Assembly (NCBI GenBank): GCA_035480695.1
Contig: DATIHM010000063.1
Location: 1-43,403 of the forward strand
Reading direction: 5' to 3'
Source of the DNA: Candidatus Saccharimonadia bacterium
GTDB taxonomy: Bacteria > Patescibacteriota > Saccharimonadia > Saccharimonadales > UBA4665
DNA length: 43,403 nt
Shown: one piece after another, positions 8,615-16,520 of the stretch
Layout: each line of letters opens with the position of its first letter
How positions within the stretch are numbered: position 1 is the first letter of the stretch
Position numbers and translations under genes: made by a program
Notes under the pieces: model-generated
The model's input: only the letters and a program-made list of their open reading frames with translations
What the model was told of the DNA's origin: nothing
Database searches by the model: none

Positions 8615-9760
8615 TTACTTGGCGACCTGTTCCCAGGGCAGTTCGGCTTTGCCGAAATGGCCGTAGGCGCTGGTCTGGCCGTAAATCGGGCGGCGCAAAT
8701 CCAGCCCGTCGCAGATGCCTTTCACGGAAGTGTCAAGCAGCTTGTCTTTGAAGGCATGCAGCTCTTTGTCGCTGGCTTTTGACGTACCGAATGTGTGGAT
8801 GGTCTGCATGAGTGGCGTCGGGCGGCCGATGACGTACGCCAGGCCGACTTCGCACTTATCGGCCATGCCGGCCGCCACGATGTTCTTGGCGATGTAGCGG
8901 GCAGCGTAGGCGCCGCTGCGGTCTACTTTGGATGGGTCTTTGCCACTAAAGGCGCCGCCGCCGACGCGAGCATAGCCGCCGTAGGTGTCAACCACGATCT
9001 TACGGCCGGTCAGTCCGGCGTCACTCTCCGGGCCTGGAATATGCCACAAACCAGTGCCGTTGATGATGATGCTATCGCCCTTGGGTAAATCGAACTTGTA
9101 GCGCTGCAGCACGGGTGTCACGATTTTGGCGATGGCGTCGGCACGGACCTGCTCGGCTAGCACCTTTTCGTCGTGCGCCACGGCCAGCACAAGCTTTTCG
9201 ACTGCGACCGGCCGGCCGTCTTTGTAGCTGACGGTCACCTGCGCCTTGCCATCCGGGCGCAACCACTCGAGGTCTTTGCTTTCGCGGGCTTCGTCGATGC
9301 GACGAGACAGGGCATGGGCCAGCGCAATCGGCAACGGCATCAGCTCAGGCGTTTCGTTGCAAGCGAAACCGAACATCATACCCTGGTCGCCGGCGCCGAG
9401 CGTGCTGTCGTCCTGGTCGACTCCCATGGCGATTTCCGGTGACTGTTGGTGCACGTCGTTAGAAAATTCGGATTCGTCACTGAAGCCCCAAGCCGGCACG
9501 GTGTAGCCGAGCTGGCGGACTTTATCGCGGGCGATCTCTTCGAAATTAAGTTTGGCTTTGGTTTTGATTTCGCCGAACAGTGCGATGCGGTTGGCGCCAG
9601 CAACCGTCTCGATGCCGGTGCGGCTGTTCGGGTCCTGTGCCAGGGCGGCGTCGACGATGGCGTCGCTGATAGCATCGCAGATCTTGTCGGGGTGTCCAGA
9701 GCACACTGACTCGCTAGTGAAGTAATCCAAAAAGTCCCAAACCAATTTTGAGTCTGCCAC
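8615..9760 (-). CDS. metK: S-adenosylmethionine synthetase
   Basis: Hallmark motifs FTSESVCSGHPDKICD, GAGDQGMMFGFA and GGGAFSGKDPSKVDRSGAY. I moved the start from 9853 to GTG 9760 (AAAGGA about 8 nt upstream) because 9761-9853 is riboswitch RNA. Confidence 0.95.
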   Translation of the reverse strand: MADSKLVWDFLDYFTSESVCSGHPDKICDAISDAIVDAALAQDPNSRTGIETVAGANRIALFGEIKTKAKLNFEEIARDKVRQLGYTVPAWGFSDESEFSNDVHQQSPEIAMGVDQDDSTLGAGDQGMMFGFACNETPELMPLPIALAHALSRRIDEARESKDLEWLRPDGKAQVTVSYKDGRPVAVEKLVLAVAHDEKVLAEQVRADAIAKIVTPVLQRYKFDLPKGDSIIINGTGLWHIPGPESDAGLTGRKIVVDTYGGYARVGGGAFSGKDPSKVDRSGAYAARYIAKNIVAAGMADKCEVGLAYVIGRPTPLMQTIHTFGTSKASDKELHAFKDKLLDTSVKGICDGLDLRRPIYGQTSAYGHFGKAELPWEQVAK

Positions 9761-9915
9761 GAAAAAATCCTTTCTACTTAATAGCGCGGAAAGGATTTGA
9801 CACGTCAATATCTTCCCCGCACCGCGGGCTAGATGTAGCACCTTGCGCCCCATGGGCCAGGTTGCCGGCGGTTCAACGAGCTAGTTCTCTCCCCGCACTC
9901 TTCATATCCCGATTG
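9761..9915 (-). ncRNA. SAM-I (S-box) riboswitch with an SD-sequestering, terminator-like expression platform
   Basis: The minus-strand RNA is GGGAUAUGAAGAGUGCGGGGAGAGAACUAGCUCGUUGAACCGCCGGCAACCUGGCCCAUGGGGCGCAAGGUGCUACAUCUAGCCCGCGGUGCGGGGAAGAUAUUG. It shows the S-box core: a P1 stem AUAU/AUAU flanked by GAAGAG and GAAGAU, a P2 stem with a GGAGAGA/UUGAA k-turn, CGGCAACC, GGUGCUACAUC, a CCCGC-GGU-GCGGG P4 hairpin, and CUAG (loop) versus CUAG (J3/4) for the pseudoknot. It is followed by AAAUCCUUUC, a 14-nt loop, GAAAGGAUUU, then UUUC and the GTG start. Confidence 0.8.
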
Positions 9916-9927
9916 TTAATGCAGACT

Positions 9928-9955
9928 ATTGTAGCAGACTCAAGCGGGCTGGCAA
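9928..9955 (-). promoter_or_regulatory. Sigma70-like promoter of the metK leader
   Basis: On the minus strand: TTGCCA (9955-9950), a 16-nt spacer, TACAAT (9933-9928). It lies about 15 nt upstream of the riboswitch P1 stem and just after the stop of the upstream gene. Confidence 0.6.
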
Positions 9956-9966
9956 GCCGCTGCCGC

Positions 9967-10764
9967 TTAGTCGGGGATGACGGCGCCCTGCGTCTGGCCA
10001 TGGTCGGTCTGGGCATCGTAATTATCGTTAGCCCAGTTGAGCGCGGCCAGGTCAGCGTTGGCCGTGGCGTCCGCAGCCTGCTTGATGCCGCTGCAGCTGA
10101 CGCCTTGCAAACCCTTCAAATCCTGCTTGATTTTGCTGGCATATTGGATGTCGAGGTCGCGGTGGCCGTTCTCGTGGGTCTGTAGGTTGGCCATGAAGCT
10201 GCGCCATTTGGCGGCGTAGCCCGAGTCGCTGCTGGCCGTCGGGTTCCAGTCCGGCAGCACCTGGCCGACATGCACGCCGACTGCCACATTGACGATGCTA
10301 CAGGTCAATCCGTCCGTCGTGTAATCGTAAAGCCAGTTCATCGTGTAATAAGTGCCGGCCGCGAAATCCTCGCCGGACTGGCTGACTTGCGAGCACTGCT
10401 TAATTTGGGCCTGCACTTGGGCGGCCGTGTTTCCATACACCTGATAATAAATCGGCTGGTCGACGACTTGCGAAACGCCATTCTGGCCTGGCGACAAGCT
10501 GATGGCCGCAGGGTCAAGGTCGAGATTGGATTTGTTGCATGTCGGGGCGGCGACCGGCGGCGGGGGGCTGGTTTTCTTGGCGGGTACAGGGATTGCAGAG
10601 ACCCTCGCAGTAGGCGCTGCAACGCCACCTGATTGGACTCGCACATCCTTGCTGGCCCACCCTACTGCCTCCACGGAGCCAGCCGGCCGGTTGGTAGCCA
10701 TAAAGACAGCCGAAACGACCAACAGCGAAGTCAGTGCGAGCTTGAAAAATCCTCTCATATCCAC
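9967..10764 (-). CDS. Secreted putative Zn-metalloprotease (HExxH), DUF922-like
   Basis: Signal peptide MDMRGFFKLALTSLLVVSAVFMA. HENGH motif in LQTHENGHRDLDIQY near the C-terminus. Size and layout resemble DUF922 predicted secreted Zn proteases, assigned by motif only. Confidence 0.75.
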   Translation of the reverse strand: MDMRGFFKLALTSLLVVSAVFMATNRPAGSVEAVGWASKDVRVQSGGVAAPTARVSAIPVPAKKTSPPPPVAAPTCNKSNLDLDPAAISLSPGQNGVSQVVDQPIYYQVYGNTAAQVQAQIKQCSQVSQSGEDFAAGTYYTMNWLYDYTTDGLTCSIVNVAVGVHVGQVLPDWNPTASSDSGYAAKWRSFMANLQTHENGHRDLDIQYASKIKQDLKGLQGVSCSGIKQAADATANADLAALNWANDNYDAQTDHGQTQGAVIPD

Positions 10765-10819
10765 ACCTGTTAAGGGTAATCAGTATAATACCACAAACTC
10801 GCTAATTTTTCAAGTGTTT

Positions 10820-11566
10820 TTACGGAGATGTGGGGTCGGTCGGCGGCGTTGTGCCATCTGTCGGAGGGGTCGTCCCATCAGTCGGTGGAGGCGTGCCGTC
10901 GGTGGGAGGAGTTGTTCCGTCCGTAGGTGGAGTAGTCGTATCAGTCGGCGGAGGCGTCGTTGTATCAGTCGGTGGCGAAGTTATCTGCGACGTATCGCCC
11001 GCTGGCGGCGTTGACGACGTGCTGGAACTCGCCGGCTGACTCGATGTACTTGAAGTGACCTTAGATGAACTCACCTTTTTGGTCGTGTAGGTTGCCGTGG
11101 CGGCCGGGCGGGTTTGCGGCTGGGTAGTCGTCGCTGGGTTTGAGGGGGCAGTATCCGTAGTCGTTTTGGTCTGTGTAGTTTGCGGCGTCGGCTTATTGTC
11201 GGTGTGCGGCTGGTTGCCATAGCTCCCGGTCATCGCCAAAACACCTCCGGTTATGCAGGCCACGAACACCCCTGCAAACAAAATGATAAACAGCTTCTTG
11301 TGCCGTGCCACAAATCCCAGCTGCCGCACCGGAATCGCCACCGGCTCCCGCACGACCATCTTGTCGCCCAGCACCAGTTCCGGACCTTTGATGTGATAAG
11401 TATTGCCGACGCTCATCGAGCTGACCATCCGCAAGTTGCGGCTGAGCGACACGCGGAAACCCTCCGCGGTCTTAAAGACCAGCTGGATGTATTTCTGGCC
11501 CGGCTTGTATTGCCGGCGTACCAGAACACCCTGAAAATCAGCTATGTTTTCGGCGGATGCGTACAT
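10820..11566 (-). CDS. Bitopic protein: 95-aa N-terminal domain, TM segment, Thr/Ser/Pro-rich extracellular tail ending in PPTDGTT repeats
   Basis: TM LFIILFAGVFVACITGGVLAM, then a low-complexity T/S/P tail. The long ORF has a coherent frame. The opposite-strand ORFs 10830-11039 and 10502-11014 are repeat shadows. Confidence 0.8.
   Translation of the reverse strand: MYASAENIADFQGVLVRRQYKPGQKYIQLVFKTAEGFRVSLSRNLRMVSSMSVGNTYHIKGPELVLGDKMVVREPVAIPVRQLGFVARHKKLFIILFAGVFVACITGGVLAMTGSYGNQPHTDNKPTPQTTQTKTTTDTAPSNPATTTQPQTRPAATATYTTKKVSSSKVTSSTSSQPASSSTSSTPPAGDTSQITSPPTDTTTPPPTDTTTPPTDGTTPPTDGTPPPTDGTTPPTDGTTPPTDPTSP
10823..10978 (-). repeat. Seven tandem 21/24-nt coding repeats (PPTD[GT]TT heptads)
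   Basis: The protein ends SPPTDTTT PPPTDTTT PPTDGTT PPTDGTP PPTDGTT PPTDGTT PPTDPTSP. The DNA units differ at synonymous positions (ggtggagg, ggaggggt, ggcggagg variants on the + strand). Confidence 0.85.
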
Positions 11567-11675
11567 TTCCCGTTTTCCCCTCGTCTACTAACAATATACC
11601 ACGATTTCGGTTGTGCTTTGCAAGAGCCAACCTCTTTGAATACCGCCCTTTTCTAAGGTATAATTAACGCCGCGC

Positions 11676-11749
11676 TGGGGATTGGCCAAGTGGTAAGGCA
11701 ACGGGTTCTGGTCCCGTGATCGGGGGTTCGAATCCCTCATCCCCAGCCA
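11676..11749 (+). tRNA. tRNA-Gln (anticodon CUG), CCA encoded
   Basis: The sequence is TGGGGAT TG GCC AAGTGGTAA GGC A ACGGG TTCTGGT CCCGT GATCG GGGGG TTCGAAT CCCTC ATCCCCA G CCA. The 7-bp acceptor stem is perfect. The D-arm GCCAAGYGGTAAGGC is as in the E. coli tRNA-Gln sequence I recall. GGTATAAT lies about 12 nt upstream. Confidence 0.92.
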
Positions 11750-11777
11750 AGCATAAGCGGTATGCTACAATTGCACA

Positions 11778-12167
11778 ATGAACCCTTTTACTCATAGCAT
11801 AGACCGCAAAAGTTATCTTTTATGGAATGTCGTTTTAGCGCTCGTTTAATATCCACTTCACTCTATCTTTAGCTCCTCTAACATTTTAATCGCATATTAC
11901 GGCGTTACTTTCCTGATGCTGCTTCTGCTAATGGCAAGACGACTGCAGAATACTGGACTTAATATGTGGCTACTGTTAGCTTTTTTGCTACCCATTGCCG
12001 ACGCATTACTATGGGTAGCGTTATTTTTTATTCCACCTAATAGCCCCGACCCTACACTTTACAGGTCAAGAACAGGCCTAGGATTTAAAGCACTCATTGG
12101 CTTAGTGATTCTTATCTTTGTAGCAGTTATGATTATAATGATTGGTCCAAAATTTATTGGGAATTAG
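11778..12167 (+). pseudogene. DUF805-like small membrane protein gene interrupted by one in-frame TAA (11847-11849)
   Basis: ATG 11778 is in frame with ORF 11916-12167 (138 nt apart). The translation is MNPFTHSIDRKSYLLWNVVLALV*YPLHSIFSSSNILIAYYGVTFLMLLLLMARRLQNTGLNMWLLLAFLLPIADALLWVALFFIP. RRLQNTGLNMWLLL matches the DUF805 RRLHDxGxSGWW signature. TACAAT lies 6 nt upstream of the ATG. Confidence 0.55.
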
Positions 12168-12379
12168 CGTCCGTGATACCTAGAAAGAGGAAGTTGCTAA
12201 GATTGTTTAAGCTACCCAGCTAAGCCAAAAGAGCTTTCACTCTTACCATTGACGCAGGGTCCAATAGCAAGACTCAAAGTTCTGAAATCCGACCAAAGCC
12301 CCAGCCAATATTTTTGTATCCGTAAAACTATGTAAGCCAAGTGGAACGTTCGAACTTGGATTTCACTTAGAGTCTTCTA

Positions 12380-12820
12380 TTATTTCTGAAGCTGCTCAGC
12401 CAATTCTAAGATGATTCCTTCCGGGCCGCGGAAGTAGCATAGCTTGTACATGTTTTCGTAATTGTAAGTGTCCACAAAAACTTCATAGCCCTTTTGTTTC
12501 ATGGTGTCTACGATGTCTTCAATATTCTCTACTACTAAGGCGAGATGCCGCATACCGTGCGAGTAAATGAAATTCTCTTGCACTCCCGATTTGTCTAATG
12601 GATTAAGAAATTTTGCCAACTCCAAGTTTATTTGCCCGTTCGGTGCCCGCATGAAGACAATTTGAGACTTGGCGTTTTTGAACCCCGTTACTTTGTCCAG
12701 CAGTTCACTCTGCTCTTCGGCTTCACCCTGAACTGTAAGGCCAAAATCAAGGAAAAACTCCTTTGCGGCCGTTAAGTCATTTACGACGATGCCGATATGG
12801 TCAATACGCTGAATTTTCAT
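12380..12820 (-). CDS. VOC-family (glyoxalase / methylmalonyl-CoA epimerase-like) protein
   Basis: MKIQRIDHIGIVVNDLTAAKEFFLDFGL and HLALVVENIEDIV...GPEGIILEL are typical paired beta-alpha-beta-beta-beta VOC modules. It lies in an AT-richer segment. Confidence 0.85.
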   Translation of the reverse strand: MKIQRIDHIGIVVNDLTAAKEFFLDFGLTVQGEAEEQSELLDKVTGFKNAKSQIVFMRAPNGQINLELAKFLNPLDKSGVQENFIYSHGMRHLALVVENIEDIVDTMKQKGYEVFVDTYNYENMYKLCYFRGPEGIILELAEQLQK

Positions 12821-13166
12821 CTTACAAGCTTAACAGTGATGTTCTAACATTGTCTATGTACTCAGCCAGGTATTACACCAAAGGTGTCCTGAGTGGTCAC
12901 TTTTCATAACGTAATCCTGGTTCAAGTTCAGTGACGCTAGTGATGAGGTCTTCAGCATCTACTACTGACCATAAGACCAAAGATAGAAGCTACTTTTGAC
13001 TAGCTCAAGGAACACATGCATCTAGTCACTTCATTTCCAAGGAGCATTAAAGGCTACTTCGCACACTACCTACGAGTACTGCTAGGCTACCAGATGAGGC
13101 AGGTTTCGTGATTCTGGTATAGGTTTATTGCCTGTCGGTAAACTTATATCGTAGTCATCTCAGTTC

Positions 13167-14978
13167 TTAAGTTCCGTAGTTACTGAGCAACCTGCTAAGG
13201 TCAAAGATGTTGACTACTCCGTCGCTGTTAAAGTCTTCTGGAAGGCCTGAGCCAGATTGCTGCCAGTGGTTCAGGAAGGTGGAGAGGTCAAAGATGTTGA
13301 CATGGCCGTCACCGTTCAGGTCGCCGATGACTCCACTGCCCGTGGTGCTTACCGCGACGTTGCAGACTGTGTGGGATCCGCTGGAGTCAATGATTGCCCA
13401 GTTGTTTAGGTTTGTTACAGATGCTTGCTCGGTCCTAAAGGCATAGTTGGTAGCCAAATTGACTGGTGTGCCTCCGGCAGGCGTGACTACCACGCTGTAG
13501 GTATGGGCTGGGATATTGACGGTTAGCTTGAAGTGATAGCTGGTGCCGGCAGTGTAGGGGACGGAGGCGTCGGCAGTGTAAGTGCCGGCATTTACTGCAT
13601 CGATAACCCCGGTGCCTTCAAAAGCCACAATAGCGGCCAGATTGGTATAAGCGCTGGCGGCCCCATTGCTCAAGCCGGTGACGGCATTTATGCCATTGGC
13701 GCTGGGAGTGGCATCGAAGTCAAAAGTAAAGCTGCCGGTTTGGTTGGTTATGGAATTGTTTTGCCAAGATGCGGAAGCTGTGGAGCAGTTACCGCCAGAC
13801 ACTTGGTACTCATAAGCCCCGATGTCATAGGCACTGCCTTGGGGGCGGGTGGTGCCGGCTTTGTCGGTAGTGGCATAGGGAACTGTGGTGCCGTTGTCGA
13901 TGGCCAGTGAGCCCGCCGCCAAGCGGTAGTCACCGGTGCCGGCGTTGACGAAGCCGCCGCTGGCTGCGGTCTGATTACTGCTGCCGCAATTGGCCGCGGT
14001 AGCACCACCATTAGCGTCATGAATAAACATGTTGTGGTCGCAAACCAGGCCAGAGACAGATCCACCGCTGAAAGGCAGGCTGACAATATTGTTGCGCAAC
14101 GTGACATTAGTTGATGCGCCAAAGTCGATGTCCGTACCGCCATTAGAGTTGTACGGCTGGGCGTTGATAATGGTGTTGTTGTAGATCTCAACGTTGGTCG
14201 AGAAACGCACAACTATACCCCAGGCAGCCGTGTTCTGGCCATCTATGACGTTATTGTAAATCTTGGCGCCATTAGTTCCCGGATAGTGATAGAACTGAAT
14301 ACCGGCGCCGTGGCCGCCCTCAATGGTATTGCCGCTGATGTTGATGTTCTTGTTACCGTAGGAGACATAGATACCATGGAAATTAGCTGGCGGTGAATTA
14401 TAAGTGCCGGTATTGAGGATAAAGTTATTAGAGAGGGTGTCATTAGTCGAGTAGGTAGTGCAGGTGCCGGGGGAAACGTCAGTACAGCCGACTCCGCCAA
14501 TCCAGATGCCGGTGCCAGGGTAGTTCTGTATCGTGAGGCCGTTGACGGTCGTATAGCTTATGCCGTTGAATCCGTTGATAAACGGATCGTTGCTGATGTT
14601 CTGGCCGTCAAAGACCGGCGTCTCGCCTGGGTAGTTGGTGAAGGTGATGGGACTAGTCGAGGTTCCGCTAGGTGCCGGCCAATTGATATTCTCTTGGCCG
14701 GTGTAAGTGCCGCCCCTGGCATACAGGGTATCCCCGGGCTGTAACAGTGTGGCGGCATGAGCGATTGTTTTGCAGGGCGATGCCAGACTGCAAGCACTGC
14801 TATCTGAGCCGGTAGGGGTGATGTAGTAGCTGGTGCCCGTAGCAGCATGCGATAGCACCAAAAAATACGAGCCGATCCCCGCAAAGATTATGGCAGCAAG
14901 CAAACGCTGAATATGTGAGGAGCGGCTATTATATAGGCTACGTGAGTGGCTGGCGGTTTTCGCAATAAGGTGTTTCAT
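13167..14978 (-). CDS. Secreted right-handed parallel beta-helix (pectate-lyase fold) protein with a lectin-like region and a C-terminal type-I dockerin
   Basis: The ORF is 13167-15014. ATG 14978 is preferred because TATAAT at 15006-15001 lies downstream of the first ATG. TM/signal LLAAIIFAGIGSYFLVLSHA. Repeated NN.I.N / GI.. beta-helix rungs (ISGNTIEGGHGAGIQFY, IYNNVIDG, IYNNTIIN, LRNNIV). The C-terminus is DLNGDGHVNIFDLSTFLNHWQQ..DFNSDGVVNIFDLSRLLSNYG, two dockerin Ca-binding segments. Confidence 0.85.
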   Translation of the reverse strand: MKHLIAKTASHSRSLYNSRSSHIQRLLAAIIFAGIGSYFLVLSHAATGTSYYITPTGSDSSACSLASPCKTIAHAATLLQPGDTLYARGGTYTGQENINWPAPSGTSTSPITFTNYPGETPVFDGQNISNDPFINGFNGISYTTVNGLTIQNYPGTGIWIGGVGCTDVSPGTCTTYSTNDTLSNNFILNTGTYNSPPANFHGIYVSYGNKNINISGNTIEGGHGAGIQFYHYPGTNGAKIYNNVIDGQNTAAWGIVVRFSTNVEIYNNTIINAQPYNSNGGTDIDFGASTNVTLRNNIVSLPFSGGSVSGLVCDHNMFIHDANGGATAANCGSSNQTAASGGFVNAGTGDYRLAAGSLAIDNGTTVPYATTDKAGTTRPQGSAYDIGAYEYQVSGGNCSTASASWQNNSITNQTGSFTFDFDATPSANGINAVTGLSNGAASAYTNLAAIVAFEGTGVIDAVNAGTYTADASVPYTAGTSYHFKLTVNIPAHTYSVVVTPAGGTPVNLATNYAFRTEQASVTNLNNWAIIDSSGSHTVCNVAVSTTGSGVIGDLNGDGHVNIFDLSTFLNHWQQSGSGLPEDFNSDGVVNIFDLSRLLSNYGT

Positions 14979-15113
14979 TTGAAGTTGGAGTCTACGCCTA
15001 ATTATATGCCGCAATGCTTCAATTTAAACATTATTGTGGAAACGCATCTAGCATAATGCGCCTCCCGCGGCCTAGTTTCTTGGTTCGTCTTGGGGTATAA
15101 TTTACTGCCGTAA

Positions 15114-15186
15114 TGAGAATTGGCCAAGTGGTAAGGCAACGGGTTCTGGTCTCGTGATCGGGGGTTCGAATCCCTCATCCCCAGCC
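15114..15186 (+). tRNA. Second tRNA-Gln(CUG)-like copy, probably a pseudo-tRNA or att-site remnant
   Basis: Positions 15119-15186 match 11681-11748 at 67 of 68 nt. The 5' acceptor strand is TGAGAAT, giving two A-C mismatches against ATCCCCA. The anticodon stem has a G-U pair. The 3' end reads GCCG, not GCCA. It also has GGTATAAT about 13 nt upstream. Confidence 0.6.
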
Positions 15187-15211
15187 GTATCAAGCAAATC
15201 CGAAACCGGCT

Positions 15212-15439
15212 TTAACCGTCTTTAATGATGTGATTAGTCAGTTTTACAGCCAGGGGTTGCATAAATAATACGGCCGGGAAGGCAATCACCAGGCTGATGC
15301 CCCATCTTTTGAGATACGCCGCCGTGAACACCGCAGCAAGACTTTTAGCCACGATGGTGTTAATCGCGCACACCAATCCAGTCATCGGTAAGACAAGCAG
15401 AAAACTCTGGATGTATCTTCGATAGCGCTTATCTATCAT
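15212..15439 (-). CDS. DUF2798-like small membrane protein (75 aa)
   Basis: Only the distal part of ORF 15212-15658 looks real: MIDKRYRRYIQSFLLVLPMTGLVCAINTIV...ISLVIAFPAVLFMQPLAVKLT, two TM helices with DUF2798-like size. The N-terminal extension overlaps the divergent gene and its promoter. Confidence 0.6.
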   Translation of the reverse strand: MIDKRYRRYIQSFLLVLPMTGLVCAINTIVAKSLAAVFTAAYLKRWGISLVIAFPAVLFMQPLAVKLTNHIIKDG

Positions 15440-15476
15440 TGATTCAAATGTAGCATAGCCTTGATATAATATAGGT

Positions 15477-15668
15477 ATGAGAAAATTGCTTTGCATAACG
15501 TTGATTGTCGGCTTCCTATTCATTGACTTCTTATTTTTCCACGACATTTTTAAACCCGGTGAAATTACCACACTCCCCCAGTACTTAACAGGCTTATTGA
15601 GTATCCCCGTAATGCTTTTGTCCCTACAGGCCTTATTACGCGACGACAAACACGCCAAAAACAGCTAA
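15477..15668 (+). CDS. Small two-TM membrane protein (63 aa), leaderless
   Basis: An extended -10 box TGATATAAT (15462-15470) lies 6 nt before the ATG and there is no SD. Two hydrophobic helices: LLCITLIVGFLFIDFLFF and LTGLLSIPVMLLSLQALL. Confidence 0.55.
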   Translation: MRKLLCITLIVGFLFIDFLFFHDIFKPGEITTLPQYLTGLLSIPVMLLSLQALLRDDKHAKNS

Positions 15669-15889
15669 GAAATCCGGGGAGCGATCCGAGAAGCAGCTGA
15701 GCTCTACGTCGTTGCTCGAGCCATCGTATGCGAAAACGTGATAAATGTAAGATGTTACTGGGCGCATATCTGTGTTTACTCCCCCAACTGCTGGCAAACT
15801 GTGTCCTGGTCTTAGTTGCAATCAAGCTATTTACATATTGCCCTCACTTGATTATAGTGCGATATATTATAAAGTGTGACGGAGTTTCT

Positions 15890-16387
15890 ATGGCAGACAG
15901 AATCGAAAATATTCCTTCAGGCGAGGTGGGCAACAATACATCTCACATTGACCGCCTCATGAAGGCAATTACAGGGTTCCAACCGAATAAGGAAATAGGC
16001 TACTTTGGCCTAGATGAGCCTTGGGCTGAGGAGCGGCAAAAAGGCCCGCATGACTTGGACCTTCAAGAATTAAGGGCCGGGATGAGGGTAGTCGTCACTG
16101 CCGAACCAAGTTTTAGGTCCAGCTCATATGAAGCGTCTGGTCATGATGTCATACTTACAGATCCTATTGAAATAGAGAACTACGGGCTTGGCAAATTTCC
16201 GCTTATAGTGCTGTGGGCACGACGGGTGCGTGATCACGCTTCCGACAGCACACCTCTTAATTCGAAAGAAAACATACGTTTAGTGGATATTTCCAGGTGG
16301 CAGGTTGTCCGCACGGTTGGCGGACCGTACATGGTAAAAAGACACGTCAAACGATACGAGCCGGCAACCGCCAGCCCTTCAGTGTAG
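15890..16387 (+). CDS. Hypothetical soluble protein (165 aa)
   Basis: The ORF is 15728-16387. ATG 15890 has GGAG 5 nt upstream, and the upstream 54 codons are hydrophobic junk overlapping the neighbouring gene region. I recognise no motif. Confidence 0.6.
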   Translation: MADRIENIPSGEVGNNTSHIDRLMKAITGFQPNKEIGYFGLDEPWAEERQKGPHDLDLQELRAGMRVVVTAEPSFRSSSYEASGHDVILTDPIEIENYGLGKFPLIVLWARRVRDHASDSTPLNSKENIRLVDISRWQVVRTVGGPYMVKRHVKRYEPATASPSV

Positions 16388-16520
16388 CCCTAGATACATT
16401 TGATTTCGGATAAACCACTCGCTATTGGAACATAGTCCTGCTGAATCGGCGTCGGAAATGTCATTGCAGCTCTCTTCGCCGGCGGCCATATTCATTAAGT
16501 GTTATTAACCAGGGGGGCTT

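Noticed and set aside
9761-9853. N-terminal 31-codon extension of metK given in the ORF track
   Set aside because: The extension has no similarity to MetK N-termini and is fully occupied by the SAM-I aptamer and platform. GTG 9760 has a proper SD and gives the canonical N-terminus.
10823-10978. Tandem 21-nt repeats considered as a CRISPR array or noncoding satellite
   Set aside because: There are no spacers. The units are contiguous, in frame and encode PPTDGTT inside a long ORF.
12340-12362. Hairpin CCAAGT..GAACGTTC..ACTTGG downstream of the VOC gene, considered as a regulatory element
   Set aside because: It is an imperfect stem without a clear U-tract, most simply a weak bidirectional terminator. 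There is not enough evidence to list it as a feature.
15091-15098. TGGGGTAT upstream of the second tRNA copy, considered as a displaced 5' acceptor strand (an intron-like or split tRNA)
   Set aside because: It overlaps the GGTATAAT -10 box that also precedes the first tRNA. The 22-nt offset fits no known tRNA intron position. It is probably coincidence.
11750-15113. Calling the tRNA-bounded segment an active integrative element
   Set aside because: No integrase or excisionase ORF is present, nor any recognisable fragment in the noncoding stretches 12168-12379 and 12821-13166. At most it is a decayed islet.
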